A DNA stretch of 64,000 nt from an uncultured Chloroflexia bacterium (GTDB lineage Bacteria; Chloroflexota; Dehalococcoidia; DSTF01; WHTK01), in NCBI GenBank assembly GCA_963768705.1, contig CAVYJE010000028.1, positions 90,571-154,570 on the forward strand, written 5' to 3'. The position numbers and the translations under genes were made by a program. Of this stretch, positions 18,750-29,680 are shown one piece after another (within the stretch, counting starts at the first letter, position 1; each line of letters begins with the position of its first letter). The notes under the pieces were generated by a model. The model did not search any database. It had not been told where the DNA came from and saw only the letters and a list, made by a program, of their open reading frames with translations.

Positions 18750-19190
18750 ATGCAAGAGCCCGGTTTCAGGTTCTACTCCTTCAGTTGGGGCACGCCCCAA
18801 GACCGCGGTCGCTTCGACCGCGAGCGCTGGCCGGCGCTGCTGGTGCGCTGGCTCATGCTGGCGTTTTCGGTGTGGGTCGCTGCGGAGGTCGTGGGCGGCA
18901 TCCATCTCGATGGCCTGGTGAGCATTCTCGCTGTCGCTGCCATCCTGGGCTTGCTCAACCTCTACCTGCGCCCTGTCCTGTTTGTGCTCTCATTGCCCTT
19001 CACGATCCTCACGCTGGGCTTCTTCGTGATCGTGATCAACGCGATCCTGCTGGGAATCACGGACTGGCTGGCCGACATCTTCGGTATCCACTTTGCCGTC
19101 GATAGCATCGGCGCGGCGCTGCTGGGCGCCCTCTTGATCAGCCTGGTGAACCTGATGCTGGCGGCCTTCCTGCGCCCAAGTAAGGTCTGA
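18750..19190 (+). CDS. phage-holin-4 (DUF360/YvlD) family membrane protein
   Basis: 4-TM; ..LNLYLRPVLFVLSLPFTILTLGFFVIVINAILLGITDWLA.. parallels YvlD (..LIRPLLLLLTLPITILTLGLFTFVINA..); GGAGG RBS. Confidence 0.7.
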   Translation: MQEPGFRFYSFSWGTPQDRGRFDRERWPALLVRWLMLAFSVWVAAEVVGGIHLDGLVSILAVAAILGLLNLYLRPVLFVLSLPFTILTLGFFVIVINAILLGITDWLADIFGIHFAVDSIGAALLGALLISLVNLMLAAFLRPSKV

Positions 19191-19353
19191 CCGCAAGCGG
19201 TCCAATCGCCGTTTGTGCCCTGCCTGTAGGCGAAACCAGGGGCTCAATGGCGCGTCTCGTGAGCGCACTGAGCCGTCGCTGTGTGTCCGGAGATATCGAT
19301 TGCCTGAAGATTGCCATTAATTTCTCGGGTCGCTCTGTCGCAGCAACGCTTTC

Positions 19354-20058
19354 ATGCTATTGCAAGCGCTGCTCGGTGCCGAGGATTCATATGTAGTGAG
19401 AAGGCTTCATACTCGTCCTACGGCGGTCGCGGCCGGCATTGTCGTGCTGCTGTTTGGGATTGTGTGGACGCTGTCTGCCACGGACCTCACCTTCATAGGC
19501 TCCTTCATGGCAGCCATCGTTGTAGCCGCTGCGGTGGGTGCAGGGATTTACCTGTTCAAGTCGAGTACGGAGCCGGGCGAACATGGCAATCGCCTGCTGG
19601 AGCTCATGCAGCGCTCCAGCGATGCCCGACGTGGCATTCGCGACGATACGACCGGCCTGCTCAATCGCTGGTACCTGGAGCGCCGTCTTGACGAAGAGGC
19701 GGCACGCTGCGTGCGTTACGGGCACTCCATGGCGGTCATCGTCCTCAAGGCCGTCGCCCTCGATCTCGCACGATTCTCGCTCGATGGCTGGCAGCAAGAG
19801 TCGGCTGCAGCGGCGCAACGCTGTGCCCAGGTCATCCGGAACGTGGACCTCAGCGCTTCGCTGGCACCGTTCGAATTTGCGATGTGTTTGGTGCACTGCG
19901 ATCGCACCGGCGCAAACGCCGCGTTGGAACGCATCGTCACGGAGTTCCGGGACTACGACTGCAGCATCGGCATCGCCGTCTACCCCGAGGACGAGTGCGA
20001 GCCGCGAGCCCTGATTGAGCTCGCGCGTGTGCGCTCCCACGAGGTCGAAGCAGCTTAG
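19354..20058 (+). CDS. membrane protein with degenerate GGDEF domain (GGDEF replaced by APFEF)
   Basis: Two N-terminal TM helices; RDDTTGLLNRWYLERRLDEE..YGHSMAVIVLKAVALD (GGDEF-domain core) but the active-site motif reads LAPFEFAM. Confidence 0.55.
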   Translation: MLLQALLGAEDSYVVRRLHTRPTAVAAGIVVLLFGIVWTLSATDLTFIGSFMAAIVVAAAVGAGIYLFKSSTEPGEHGNRLLELMQRSSDARRGIRDDTTGLLNRWYLERRLDEEAARCVRYGHSMAVIVLKAVALDLARFSLDGWQQESAAAAQRCAQVIRNVDLSASLAPFEFAMCLVHCDRTGANAALERIVTEFRDYDCSIGIAVYPEDECEPRALIELARVRSHEVEAA

Positions 20059-20801
20059 GGCAGCAGTAGGCCGAAGTAGCAGACGCGGCGCAGCTCCCGG
20101 ATGCCGCGCATGTGCGTCTTGCCCAGGATGTAGCCGCCGGGCAACTCGACGATCTCATCGACGATACGGCGCACGGGCAGGGGGTTAGCCGGGTCCGAGT
20201 ACTCCAGCTTCAGCACCTGCACCTCTTCCTCCTCGATGTCGAGCGAGACGCTTGTCTTGAATGGGAAGACACGTACGGTGCCGCTGGGTGTGTCCTTCTC
20301 GACACGGTAGCCGGGCCAGCCGAAGCGGCCCGTGGCACGCGACCACACGTTGTCCTGGAAGATGTTGTCGCCGGAATGCGTGGCCGCGACGAAGTTCTTG
20401 CCCTGCCACGGCAGGTAGATGCGCGTCAGCCACTCGAAGAAGGGGTCCGAGAGCAGGCCCGTCGAGAGTGCGACCAGCTCACCCTGATAGTGTCCGTCCG
20501 GTGCCGGCACAGTGCCGAGGCGAAAGAGGCGTCGCAGGATGTGCTGCGGGTTGTGGCGGTCGTTCTCGAGGCGGGAGTGGGCGAATCGAACTGCCCGCAT
20601 CGCTGTCTCGTTGAGGTAGCGCCACTGCCCGTCGGTCAGGTGCTCGCTACCGACCTCATCGGCCCGTAGCAGCAGTTCCCCTGCCTCGCGCACGTAGGCG
20701 ACGACTTCGCTTGGCTCGGCTGTGAACGGGTCCGGCTCACGCTCCCGAAACGCATTGATTTCGGCGACAAGCTGCTCAGAACGGTCGCTATGCAGTGTCA
20801 T
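20055..20801 (-). CDS. hypothetical protein
   Basis: Coding-like ORF with no recognisable domain; the start is placed at the internal ATG (MTLHSDRSEQ); the track's start codon is a TTG. Confidence 0.4.
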   Translation of the reverse strand: MTLHSDRSEQLVAEINAFREREPDPFTAEPSEVVAYVREAGELLLRADEVGSEHLTDGQWRYLNETAMRAVRFAHSRLENDRHNPQHILRRLFRLGTVPAPDGHYQGELVALSTGLLSDPFFEWLTRIYLPWQGKNFVAATHSGDNIFQDNVWSRATGRFGWPGYRVEKDTPSGTVRVFPFKTSVSLDIEEEEVQVLKLEYSDPANPLPVRRIVDEIVELPGGYILGKTHMRGIRELRRVCYFGLLLP

Positions 20802-20846
20802 GTGAGTCAATTCAGCTTAGCACGGGGCTGTAGTGGTCAGTCCTCG

Positions 20847-20922
20847 GTTTTCAGTATCAGTTCAGAGTGTCAGCGTGCGAGGCCGGTACTCGAAGAACTG
20901 AAAAAACTGACTACTGACTACT
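20847..20922. repeat. inverted array of heptamer repeats (TTTTCAG/TATCAG/TAGTCAG family)
   Basis: ggttttcagtatcagttcagagtgtcag ... gaactgaaaaaactgactactgactac; the right half is the reverse complement of units of the left half. Confidence 0.45.
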
Positions 20923-22508
20923 AGATCTTCGCTGTGCGCACCGAGAAGATGTCCGGGATCGCCTCGATCTCTTCCTGGGTCTGCGTGTCGATTTCGGCGT
21001 CGAGGCCGAGGACCATGAGGGCGTGGCTGCCCTGTGTCTGGCGTCCGACGCGCATGAAGCTGATGTTGATGTCCTTGGTGCCGAGGAAGTTGCCGATGCG
21101 TCCGATCATGCCGGGCCGGTCCACGTTCTCGCAGAACAGCAGGTGGCCCTCGCCGGCGCGAGACGTCCACCCAGAAGTCGTTGATCTCGACGATGTGGGG
21201 GCCATCCTGGGCCACCGTGGCGGATACGGTCGTTTCGCCCGTGCTGGTCTTGAGGCGGACGCGGATCAGGTCCTTGTAGATGCTGTCGTGCTGGCCCTTG
21301 CTCTCGCGGATCGCATGCCGCGCTGCTCCGCGATCAGGCTGGCGTTGACCAGCGTCACGTTCTCTTCGCTGACGGGCGAGAGCAGGCCCCGGATCACGGC
21401 CGACTTCAGCGGGCTCGTGTCGTGGTTCGACCAGCTCGCCCACGTACTCGATCTCGACGCTCTCGAGCTGGCCGGACGAGAGCTGGGTCGCCAGTGAGCC
21501 GGCCTTGCGTCGCGGCCTGCAGGTAACGGTGCGATGAACTTGAAGGCCTCGGCGGCGATGAACGGCGCGTTGACGGCGTAAGCAGCCGGCTCAGCCGCAG
21601 CAGGGCCGTGATCAGCTGCTCCGCCACGTCCACGGAGAGGCGCTCCTGCGCCTCGGCGGCCGACGCGCCGAGGTGCGGCGTTACGACCACGTTTGGGTGA
21701 TGCACCAGCTGCGAGTCCGGGGCTGGCGGCTCCTTTTCGAACACGTCGATGGCGGCGCCGGCGACCTTGCCGCTGTCGAGGGCGCGTACCAGCGCGTCTT
21801 CGGAGATCAGCTCGCCGCGCGCGACGTTGATGACCCGCACGCCGTGCTTCATCTGCGCGAACTGGCTCGTCGTCCAGGAAGTGGTGGTTTTGCGGCGTGA
21901 GGGGCAGGTGCAGGGTGATGAAGTCGCTCTCGCGCAGCAGCTCATCCAGGGTGACGAGGCTGACGCCGATGGACTGGAAGCGCTCCGGCATAACGAAGGG
22001 GTCGTAGCCGATGACGCGCATCTCGAAGGCGCGGGCGCGACGGGCCACCTCGGCGCCGATGCGGCCGAGGCCGACGACGCCGAGCGTCTTGCCGCGCAGC
22101 TCGACGCCGACGAACTTCGAGCGTTCCCACTTGTCCGGCGGTCAGCGAGGCGTGCGCCTCGGGATGTGGCGGGCCAGCGCCAGCATCATGCCGAGGGTGT
22201 GCTCCGCCGTTGCGATCGTGATGCGCTGCCGGGGCGTTGACCACGACGATGCCGCGCTCGGTGGCGGCGTCGACGTTGATGTTGTCGACGCCGACGCCGG
22301 CGCGGCCGACGACGACGAGGTTCTTGGCCGCTTTGAGCACTTCAGCGGTGACTTTGGTCTCGCTGCGCACCGCCAGGGCTTCGTAGTTAGGGATGACGTC
22401 GAGTAGCTCTTCGGGCGTCATGCCGAGCATAACGTCCACTTCGAGCTTGTCTCGCAGGATCGCGAGACCCTCTTCGCCGATGCGATCGGTTACCAGTACA
22501 CGTGGCAT
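20921..22508 (-). pseudogene. serA: D-3-phosphoglycerate dehydrogenase SerA, interrupted by at least 4 frameshifts
   Basis: Collinear SerA segments across minus frames: MPRVLVTDRIGEEGLAILR..VGRAGVGVDNINVDAATERGIVVVNAP ; ..RVIGYDPFVMPERFQSIGVSLVTLDELLRESDFITLHLPLTP ; ..FAQMKHGVRVINVARGELISEDALVRALDSGKVAGAAIDVFEKEP..VVVTPHLGASAAEAQERLSVDVAEQ ; C-terminal ACT domain ..MIGRIGNFLGTKDINISFMRVGR.. Confidence 0.75.
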
Positions 22509-22521
22509 CGGAGGCCGCGGC

Positions 22522-23626
22522 TCAGCTAACGGCAGCCGGCTTTTTGTAGCCGAGCTGCTCGAGGACGGTCGCAAGCGCTTCGATGGCGGCGTCGATGTCC
22601 TTCGTGTCGACGATGCCCATGTGTCCGATGCGGAAGATCTTTCCGGCGAGCTTTCCCTGTCCGGCCGCCAGCACGGTGTCGTACTCCTTGTTGAGGATGC
22701 TCAGCAGCTGCTTCGGCGTCGACGCCCTCGGGCACGACAACGCTCGTGACGGTGTCGGAGGCCTGCGGGCCTTCGGCGAGGAGCTTGAGGCCCAGGGCCT
22801 TGATGCGGTTGCGCGTGTAGTCGGCGACGGCGTGGTGACGGGCGTTGGTCTGCTCGAGGCCCTCCTGGTACATCATGTCCAGCGCGAGGTCGAGGCCGTA
22901 GTAGAGGGAGACGGCGGGCGTGAACGGCGTCTGGCCGATCTCGGCGTACTTCTTAGCCTTGCCGATGTCCATGTAGTACTTGCGCATGTCGGAGCGCTCG
23001 TAAGCGGCCCAGGCGCGCGGGCTCATCGTGATGAAGCCGAGGCCCGGCGGGATCATGAAGCCCTTCTGCGAGGCCGTCGTCGCGACGTCGACGCCCCAGG
23101 CGTCGGTCGCGAAGGGCAGGCAGCCCAGGGAGCTGATGGCGTCGACGATGAGGAGGACCTCCGGGTTGACGGCCTTGACCGCCTTGCTGATCGCAGAGAT
23201 GTCGTTTGTGACACCGGTGGAGGTTTCGTTGTGGGTGACGATGACGGCCTTGGTGTCGGGCTCCACGTTCTCGGCGACGACCTTGGCGTCCGCCTGGGTG
23301 CCGGGCTCGAAGTCGAGCCGCTTGACGTTGGCGCCGAAAGTCTCAGCGATATCAGCGAAGCGGGCGCCGAACTCACCGATCGAGACGGCGAGCACCTTGT
23401 CGCCCTCGGACAGCGTGTTGACGACGGCGGCTTCCATGACGCCGGTGCCGGAGGTGGTGTAGACGTAGACCTCGTTCTCGGTGCGGAAGAAGAGCTTGAG
23501 GCGCTCCATGATCCGTCCCTGCATCTCGGCGAACTCGGGTCCGCGGTGATTGATCATCTGTCGCGAGAGCTCATTGAGCGTCTCGGGCGGGCACGGTGTT
23601 GGGCCAGGGATGCGAAGGTTCTGCAC
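22522..23626 (-). pseudogene. serC: class-V aminotransferase (AGXT / archaeal-type phosphoserine aminotransferase SerC-like), one frameshift near 22740
   Basis: GTG start; ..PGPTPCPPETLNEL..HRGPEFAEMQ..TTSGTGVMEAAVVN..SQKGFMIPPGLGFI..; the C-terminus ..KQLLSILNKEYDTVLAAGQGKLAGKIFRIGHMG.. continues in another frame (22522-22740); adjacent to serA. Confidence 0.7.
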
Positions 23627-23827
23627 TATAGGTCTCCGATATGAAAGTTGCTCAGGTATCGAGCGTGACTATCAAATCGTAGCCACGTGCCAAGTGAGGG
23701 TCAATGGCCGTTCATCATCTGTTGATACCCAGCCACTGGTATTTAGGACAGGTTGCTACACCTTCGATCCGGGGCTGAAGCGTATCTGCGATGTTAGACT
23801 GAGCCTGCCTTCTAGGCGGGAGAATAC

Positions 23828-25483
23828 ATGCCAGAAACCATCCTTATCGGCGTTGCGTGGCCTTATCCCAACGGGTCCTTGCACCTGGGACAGATCGCCG
23901 GCGCCTACCTTCCCGCCGATATCTTTGCCCGCTACCAGCGCAGTCGCCGGCAACCGTGTCGCCATGGTGTCCGGCTCGGACCAGCACGGCACGCCGATCG
24001 CCGATCCGGGCGGAGCAGGAGGGCACGACCCGCAGGAAGTCGTCGACGCACTACCACACCGAGTACCTGCGACTGCTGGGAGCGCCTCGGCATCACCTTT
24101 GACCTCTACACCACGACGGGCACCCAGAACCACATCGAGACGGCGCAGGAGATCTTCCTCAAGCTCTACGAGCAGGGCGACCTCTACCTCGAAGACCATG
24201 GAGCAGACCTACTGTGTCCAGGAGGGGCGCTTCCTGCCCGACCGCTACGTCGAGGGCACCTGCCCGCACTGCGGCTATCGAGGGCGCCCGCGGCGACCAG
24301 TGCGACAACTGCGGTCGCACCCTGGACCCGGTCGACCTGATCAACCCGCGCTGCCGTCTCGACGGCTCCGACGCCGGAGCGCGCGAGCCTCGAGCACTTC
24401 TTCCTGCGCCTCAGCGCCTACAACGAGCAGCTGAAGCAGTGGCTGAGCACCGGTAAGGAGCACTGGCGGCGCCAGTGCTCGGCTTCGCGCTGGGCGTGCT
24501 CGCAGAGGGTCTGAACGACCGCGCGATCACGCGCGACCTCGAGTGGGGCGTGCCGATCCCGCTGGAGGGCTACGACACCAAGCGCATCTACGTCTGGTTC
24601 GAGAACGTCATCGGCTACCTCTCCGCGGCCAAGGAGTGGGCGCAGAAGCAGGGCACGCCCGAAGCCTGGCGCGACTTCTGGGAGGACCCGAGCGCGAAGG
24701 TCGTACTACTTCATCGGCAAGGACAACATCTGGTTCCACACGCTGAGCTGGCCGGCCGCAGGTGCATGATGTACGGCGGCCTCAACCTGCCCTACGACGT
24801 GCCGGCCAACCAGTACGTCAACTTCGGCGGCTGGAAGGCGAGCACGAGCCGCGGCACGGCGCCGTTCCTGCCGACTTACCTCGAGCGGTACGACCCCGAC
24901 ACGCTGCGCTACTACCTCGCCGCGATCATGCCGGAGACTAGCCGACAGCGAGTTCAGCGACGACGACCTGGTGCGCCGCAACAACGATGAGCTCGTCTCG
25001 ACCTGGGGCAACCTCGTCAACCGGGTGCTGACGATCACGTATCGCAACTTCGACGAGAAGGTGCCGGAGCCGGGCGATCTGCAGCCGGGCGACGAAGAGC
25101 TTCTGAAGCAGGGCGAGGAGGCGCTCGCGGCCGTGGGCAAGAGCATCTCCGAGTGCAAGTTCCGCGAGGGTCTGCGCGGCGCGATGGGCTATGCCCAGGA
25201 GGTCAACCGTTACCTCAACCAGGAGGAGCCCTGGAAGACGCGCGAGACCGACAAGCCCGCCGCGGCGCGCTCGCTCTACACGGCGCTCTGCGCCATCGAG
25301 GCGCTGAAGCTGGCGTTCTATCCCTACCTGCCGTTCACGTCGCAGCGCCTGCACGAGATGCTCGGCCACAACGACGCTATCGATGCGCAGGGCTGGAGCA
25401 CGAGTCGGCTCGTGCCGGGCACGTCGCTGCAGGAGCCGAAGCCGCTGTTCAAGAAGCTCGATATGCCGGAGCCGGTATCGTGA
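23828..25483 (+). pseudogene. metG: methionine--tRNA ligase MetG, interrupted by at least 5 frameshifts
   Basis: Segments in all three plus frames: [34 protein letters not shown] ; [27 protein letters not shown] ; [21 protein letters not shown] ; GVLAEGLNDRAITRDLEWGVPIPLEGYDTKRIYVWFENVIGY ; (K)MSKS region; C-terminal anticodon-binding part 24971-25483. Confidence 0.8.
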
Positions 25484-26313
25484 GCCTGCGTTTCGTCGAT
25501 ACCCACACACACCTGCAGGGCGAAGAGTTCGCGGAGGACATCGAGGCCGTGATCGAGCGCGCTCGTGAGGCCGGCGTCGAGCAGCATGGTCGTACCGGGC
25601 GTCGACCTCGACGACGGCGCGGCGATGCCTCGCGCTGGCCGAAGCGTAGAGGGCGTCTACGCGACGGCAGGCTATCCACCCGCACGAGGCCTCACAGCTG
25701 GACGCAGGCGCCGCGTCCGTGAGATCGAGACGATGCTGGCGCACCCGAAGGTCGTCGCGGTGGGCGAGATCGGCCTCGACTACTACTACGAGCACTCGCC
25801 GCGGGACGCGCAGCTCGCGTGCATCGAGGAGATGCTGGGGCTGGCCAGAGCGCACGCTATGCCCGTGATCGTGCACTGCCGCGACGCGTGGGATGACGCG
25901 GCGGCTGTGCTGGCGCCATGGGCACGCCAGGTCCGCGAAAGCTTCGCCGGACGGCCCGTTGGGCGTCATGCACTACTTCTCCGGCACGCTGGAGCAGGCG
26001 CCGCTTCTACATCGACCTGGGCTTCGTGATTTCGATGCACACCTCGGTGACGCACAAGAAGCAGACCGGCATGCGCGAGGTCGTCTCGCAGCTGCCGTTG
26101 TCGTCACTGGTCATCGAGACGGATTCGCCGTATGGTGCGCCGCAGGCCTACCGGGGCAAGCGCAACGAGCCGGCGTACGTGGTCGAGGCCGCGAAGCAGA
26201 TCGCCGCGGAGCAGGGTCTGTCCCTCGAAGCCGTCGCGGAGGCTACGAGCGCCAACGCCGCGCGGTTGTTCGGCCTGCCGGTCGTCGCAGGAACAGGAGC
26301 GGCGAGCCGATGA
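25480..26313 (+). pseudogene. tatD: TatD-family metal-dependent DNase, interrupted by about 3 frameshifts
   Basis: VSLRFVDTHTHLQGEEF.. ; ..LAHPKVVAVGEIGLDYYYEHSPRDAQL..AHAMPVIVHCRDAWDD.. ; ..GVMHYFSGTLEQA.. ; ..FVISMHTSVTHKK..LSSLVIETDSPYGAPQAYRGKRNEPAYVVEAA.. in successive frames; overlaps the metG stop and the ispB start. Confidence 0.7.
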
Positions 26314-27296
26314 CCAGTCCCAGCATCTCCTCCGAGCTCTATGGCCCCGTTCGCTACGACGTCGGCAAGGTCGACGAGCTGATCGCATCGCTGAAGCCGG
26401 ACGACTTCCCGTTCCTGGCACGCATGCTGGACCACGTGCTGGAAGCCGGCGGCAAGCGCATTCGGCCCGCCATCGCCCTGCTCGCGGGACGCATGGGCGA
26501 GTACAGCCTGGACCTGCTGGTGCCGCTGGCGGCCTCGATCGAGCTGCTGCACTCCGCCACGCTGGTGCACGACGACGTGATCGACGCGGCGCCGACGCGA
26601 CGTGGTCGCGCGACGGCGAACTCGCTGGCGGGCAACGCGGCCTCGGTCATGGTGGGCGACTACATGTTCGCCCACGCCGCCGAGCTGATCGCCCGCACCG
26701 GCAACATCGAGGTGATCCGGCTGTTTGCCCGCACTCTGATGGAGATGGCGACGGGCGAGCTGCATCAGGACCTGGGCGCCTACAGCTACGGTCAGGGTAC
26801 GCGTGAGTACTTCAACCGCATCTACGGCAAGACGGCATCGCTGTTCGCCACGGCGGCGCAGGGTGGCGCCATGGTCGCCGGCCTCACGGAGGCGCAAGCG
26901 CAGTCGCTGCGGGACTTCGGCGAGAACCTCGGCATGGCGTTCCAGATCGTCGACGACATCCTCGACTTCACCGGCGACTCGTCCGAGATGGGCAAGCCGG
27001 CCGGCAGCGACCTCATGCAGGGCACCCTGACTCTGCCGGCCCTGATCCTGATCGAGCGCTACCCGGACAAGAACCCCGTGAAGCGCTACTTCGCCGGCCG
27101 CAACAAGGCGAAGAACCTGGAGACGGCGCTGCAGATGATCCGCGAGTCCGACATCCTGGACGAGTCGTTCAAGGTGGCCCACGACTTCCGCGACAAGGCC
27201 TTGCGCGCCCTCGAAGAGGCGAATGTCAGCGAGGAGATGGGCGCGCGCGAGTCGCTGACCGACGTGGCGTACTGGGTGACCCAGCGCCGCAGCTAG
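26310..27296 (+). CDS. polyprenyl diphosphate synthase (IspB/HepT-like, trans-isoprenyl diphosphate synthase)
   Basis: FARM motif LLHSATLVHDDVIDAAPTRRG and SARM motif GMAFQIVDDILDF; 328 aa; ATGA overlap with the tatD stop. Confidence 0.85.
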   Translation: MTSPSISSELYGPVRYDVGKVDELIASLKPDDFPFLARMLDHVLEAGGKRIRPAIALLAGRMGEYSLDLLVPLAASIELLHSATLVHDDVIDAAPTRRGRATANSLAGNAASVMVGDYMFAHAAELIARTGNIEVIRLFARTLMEMATGELHQDLGAYSYGQGTREYFNRIYGKTASLFATAAQGGAMVAGLTEAQAQSLRDFGENLGMAFQIVDDILDFTGDSSEMGKPAGSDLMQGTLTLPALILIERYPDKNPVKRYFAGRNKAKNLETALQMIRESDILDESFKVAHDFRDKALRALEEANVSEEMGARESLTDVAYWVTQRRS

Positions 27297-27383
27297 GCAA
27301 GCCGTTAGCACTCAGCTTCCAGCCATTGGCAATCAGCCTGCGTCCTCTGTGTGGTGTCTTATCGACCTTCGGGATGTCGTCCC

Positions 27384-27422
27384 GAGATTGCTTCGCCTCG
27401 CTGTCGCGATGGCTCGCAACGG
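27384..27422 (+). repeat. solo copy of dispersed repeat arm A (GAGATTGCTTCGCCTCGCTGTCGCGATGGCTCGCAACGG)
   Basis: Same 38-bp element as at 39262, 40228 and 54203 (direct) and 39088 (inverted). Confidence 0.55.
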
Positions 27423-27452
27423 GGTCGAGCGTGCTCGAGCGGACGCAAAAAA

Positions 27453-27474
27453 GGAGCGGCCCGAAGGCCGCTCC
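27453..27474. terminator. intrinsic terminator hairpin between convergent ispB-like gene and fmdB-like gene
   Basis: caaaaaa-GGAGCGGCC-cgaa-GGCCGCTCC-tgttgc; on the minus strand the A-run becomes the U-tract after the hairpin (terminating fmdB). Confidence 0.6.
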
Positions 27475-27508
27475 TGTTGCTGAGTGCTGAAAGCTGACTG
27501 CTCGCCGG

Positions 27509-27967
27509 CTAGTCCGGGATCTTGCGGTCGACGTGGCCGCTGGCGCCGAACTTCGGCGAGAGCATGGGCCTGCCGTCCTGGCCGATGGCCGGCGAGAGGC
27601 CGGAATCGACCATCATCTTGGCGTGGCGGCCCTTGAGGTAGTTGACCTCGCGCTTCACGTCGATGTCGTGCTTGGTCGGGCGCGAACGGGGCTTTGGCTT
27701 GTAGAGCTCCGGGTGCTCGTTCATGGGGACGCCGCCGGTGTTCATGTTCTTCACCTTGCGGCCGTCGTGGTGCCAGTACTTGAAGTCGTCCGGGATGCGG
27801 CGCGGCATGCCGTCACGGAAGGTGAACGCCGCGAACGACGTCGGCATGATGCGCTGGCTGTCGTGGTCGCACAGCGGGCAAGGCGACGGCTCAGAGGACT
27901 CGCGCATGGAGCGCAGTTCCTCGAACACGCCATCACAGTTATCGCAGTAGTACTCGTATAGCGGCAC
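27509..27967 (-). CDS. FmdB-family zinc-ribbon protein
   Basis: MPLYEYYCDNCDGVFEEL....CPLCDHDSQR : two CxxC pairs at the N-terminus, then a basic tail. Confidence 0.7.
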   Translation of the reverse strand: MPLYEYYCDNCDGVFEELRSMRESSEPSPCPLCDHDSQRIMPTSFAAFTFRDGMPRRIPDDFKYWHHDGRKVKNMNTGGVPMNEHPELYKPKPRSRPTKHDIDVKREVNYLKGRHAKMMVDSGLSPAIGQDGRPMLSPKFGASGHVDRKIPD

Positions 27968-28746
27968 GGCTCACTCCTCGAATGTCGCGTAAGTCTCTGA
28001 AAGTATACGTCAGACCAATGGCTGAGCGATCTACGGGGAGTGGAGAAGCGCCGCCAATCTCTCGCAAGTCCTCGATGACGTGGCTGGCGCCGGCCTGCCG
28101 CAGCACGTCGGCGTTCCCACCCGTGAGGCGTCCGATGCCGAGGATGCCGGCCTTGCGCGCAACCTCCATGTCGTAGACGCCGTCGCCGATGAAGACGCCA
28201 TGGTGTCTGCAGCTCCGAAGTCGGTCACGTCGAGGGCGTCCATGATCATCGCGAAGTGCCCCGGGCCTTTCGCGAGGCCCGCCACGTCTTCGTCTGAGCC
28301 CAGGGCGAGTCGAAACAGGTGGTCGATGCCGGTGACGCGCGTCTTGCGCTCGACGGAGCTCGGGATGCTGCCGCTGCTGACGACGAGCGTGTGGCCGTCG
28401 CGTCGCAAGTCCTCCAGCACATCGAGGACTTCGGGGAACAGATCCGGCACGTCTTCTTCCGCTCGCAGCCAGTAGCGCCGCGTCAGGTCATCGACCAGGG
28501 CTTCGTCCATGCGCTTCGAGCTGCTGGAGCACGGCCGCAAACTGGGCTTTGGGGCCCTTGCCCATGAGGCGCGTGTAGATCGGGCGGGCGACTTCGTCCG
28601 GAATGCCGCACTCCAGCTGCAAGCATCTCGCAGAACAGGTCGGCCGCCGGGCCCATCGAATCGACGAGCGTGCCGTCGAGGTCGAAGATCAGGATGCGCT
28701 GGGCGACGCCATCAGGCTTCCTCTGCGATGGCGGTCGCAGCTTCAT
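27939..28746 (-). pseudogene. HAD-family hydrolase (phosphoglycolate-phosphatase-like), frameshifted; ends uncertain
   Basis: ILIFDLDGTLVDS (motif I) at ~28690; ..DGHTLVVSSGS.. middle frame; ..KAGILGIGRLTGGNADVLRQAGASHVIEDLREI.. C-terminal frame. At least two frame changes; the 3' end may lie near 28000 rather than 27939. Confidence 0.5.
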
Positions 28747-29525
28747 CCGCAGCGACGATTCGCGGCGGCAACGTGCGCACGCTCTCGACGAAGCGGGCGG
28801 TGCGCACGTCGCGCTCCATAACGTACCTTACATAATCACCAAGGCAGGTCTGCAGCTCCAAGGCCAGCTCGCCGGAGAGCCGAACGCGCGATGCGTCCTC
28901 GAAGCTGCCGCGCTCGATCAGCCGCAGCATCTTCAGGGCGTTGAGGCTCAGCGGGGCGAGTCGTAGCGAATCGTCGGTGCAGTTGGGGCAGATGGCGCCG
29001 CCGACGGAGACGCTCCAGTAGTTCATCTGAGGCTGCAACGGCTGAGTCGCAGACAGCGCAGGCGGAGAGGGCAGGCCGATAGCCGAGCTGGTCCATCAGG
29101 CGCAGCTCAAAGCGGCGGACGGCCAGCTCGTAGCCGGGTGAGGTGCCGAGGTAGCCCAGAGTCTCGTGCAGGAGCCGGAAGATCGGGTTGCCCTCGGAGC
29201 GCTCCGGCGTCAGGCGGTCGACGAGCTCGGCGCAGTAGAGGCCGCGGCTGAGTCGTTCGAGGTCCTCGCGCAGGCCGGGGAAGGCGTCGACCGTCTCCGC
29301 CTGGGTGACGATATCGAGCTCTCGGCCCTCGGCGAGGAGGTAGGAGCCCAGCGTCAGCGGCTCCAGATGCCCGGCGAGCTTGCTCTTGGTGCGCCGGACG
29401 CCCTTGGCGACGGCATCGACGCGGCCGCCGTGCGAGGTGTAGAGCGTGACGATCTTGTCGGCCTCGCCCAGCTTGCGCTGTCGCAGGACGATCGCCTGGG
29501 TCTTGTAAACGCGGGGTTTCGGCAC
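28712..29525 (-). pseudogene. recO: DNA repair protein RecO, one frameshift near 29040
   Basis: N-terminal OB-fold MPKPRVYKTQAIVLRQRKLGEADKIVTLYT..; zinc-finger C-terminal part ..CPNCTDDSLRLAPLSLNALKMLRLIE.. in a second frame. Confidence 0.75.
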
Positions 29526-29680
29526 GGCTCGCTCTTAGAGAGAGCGTAACAGAAGACCGGAAGGCGAAGGGGTGCTATCGTTTGCGTGGTTGCAAGCCGA
29601 CAATGCTCGGCCGTGAAGCAGGAAACCTGCTTCACCTATCAATTTCATTGCAATCTGTGTAACCCCCTCTTAAACGTTAC

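Noticed and set aside
18750-19190. Prophage suggested by 'phage holin' family protein
   Set aside because: DUF360/YvlD-type proteins are widespread chromosomal membrane proteins. No capsid, terminase, tail or lysin genes are nearby.
23640-23827. T-box leader upstream of metG (and upstream of glyQS at 49859-50218)
   Set aside because: There is no T-box consensus (AGGGUGGnACCGCG) and no recognisable specifier-loop architecture.
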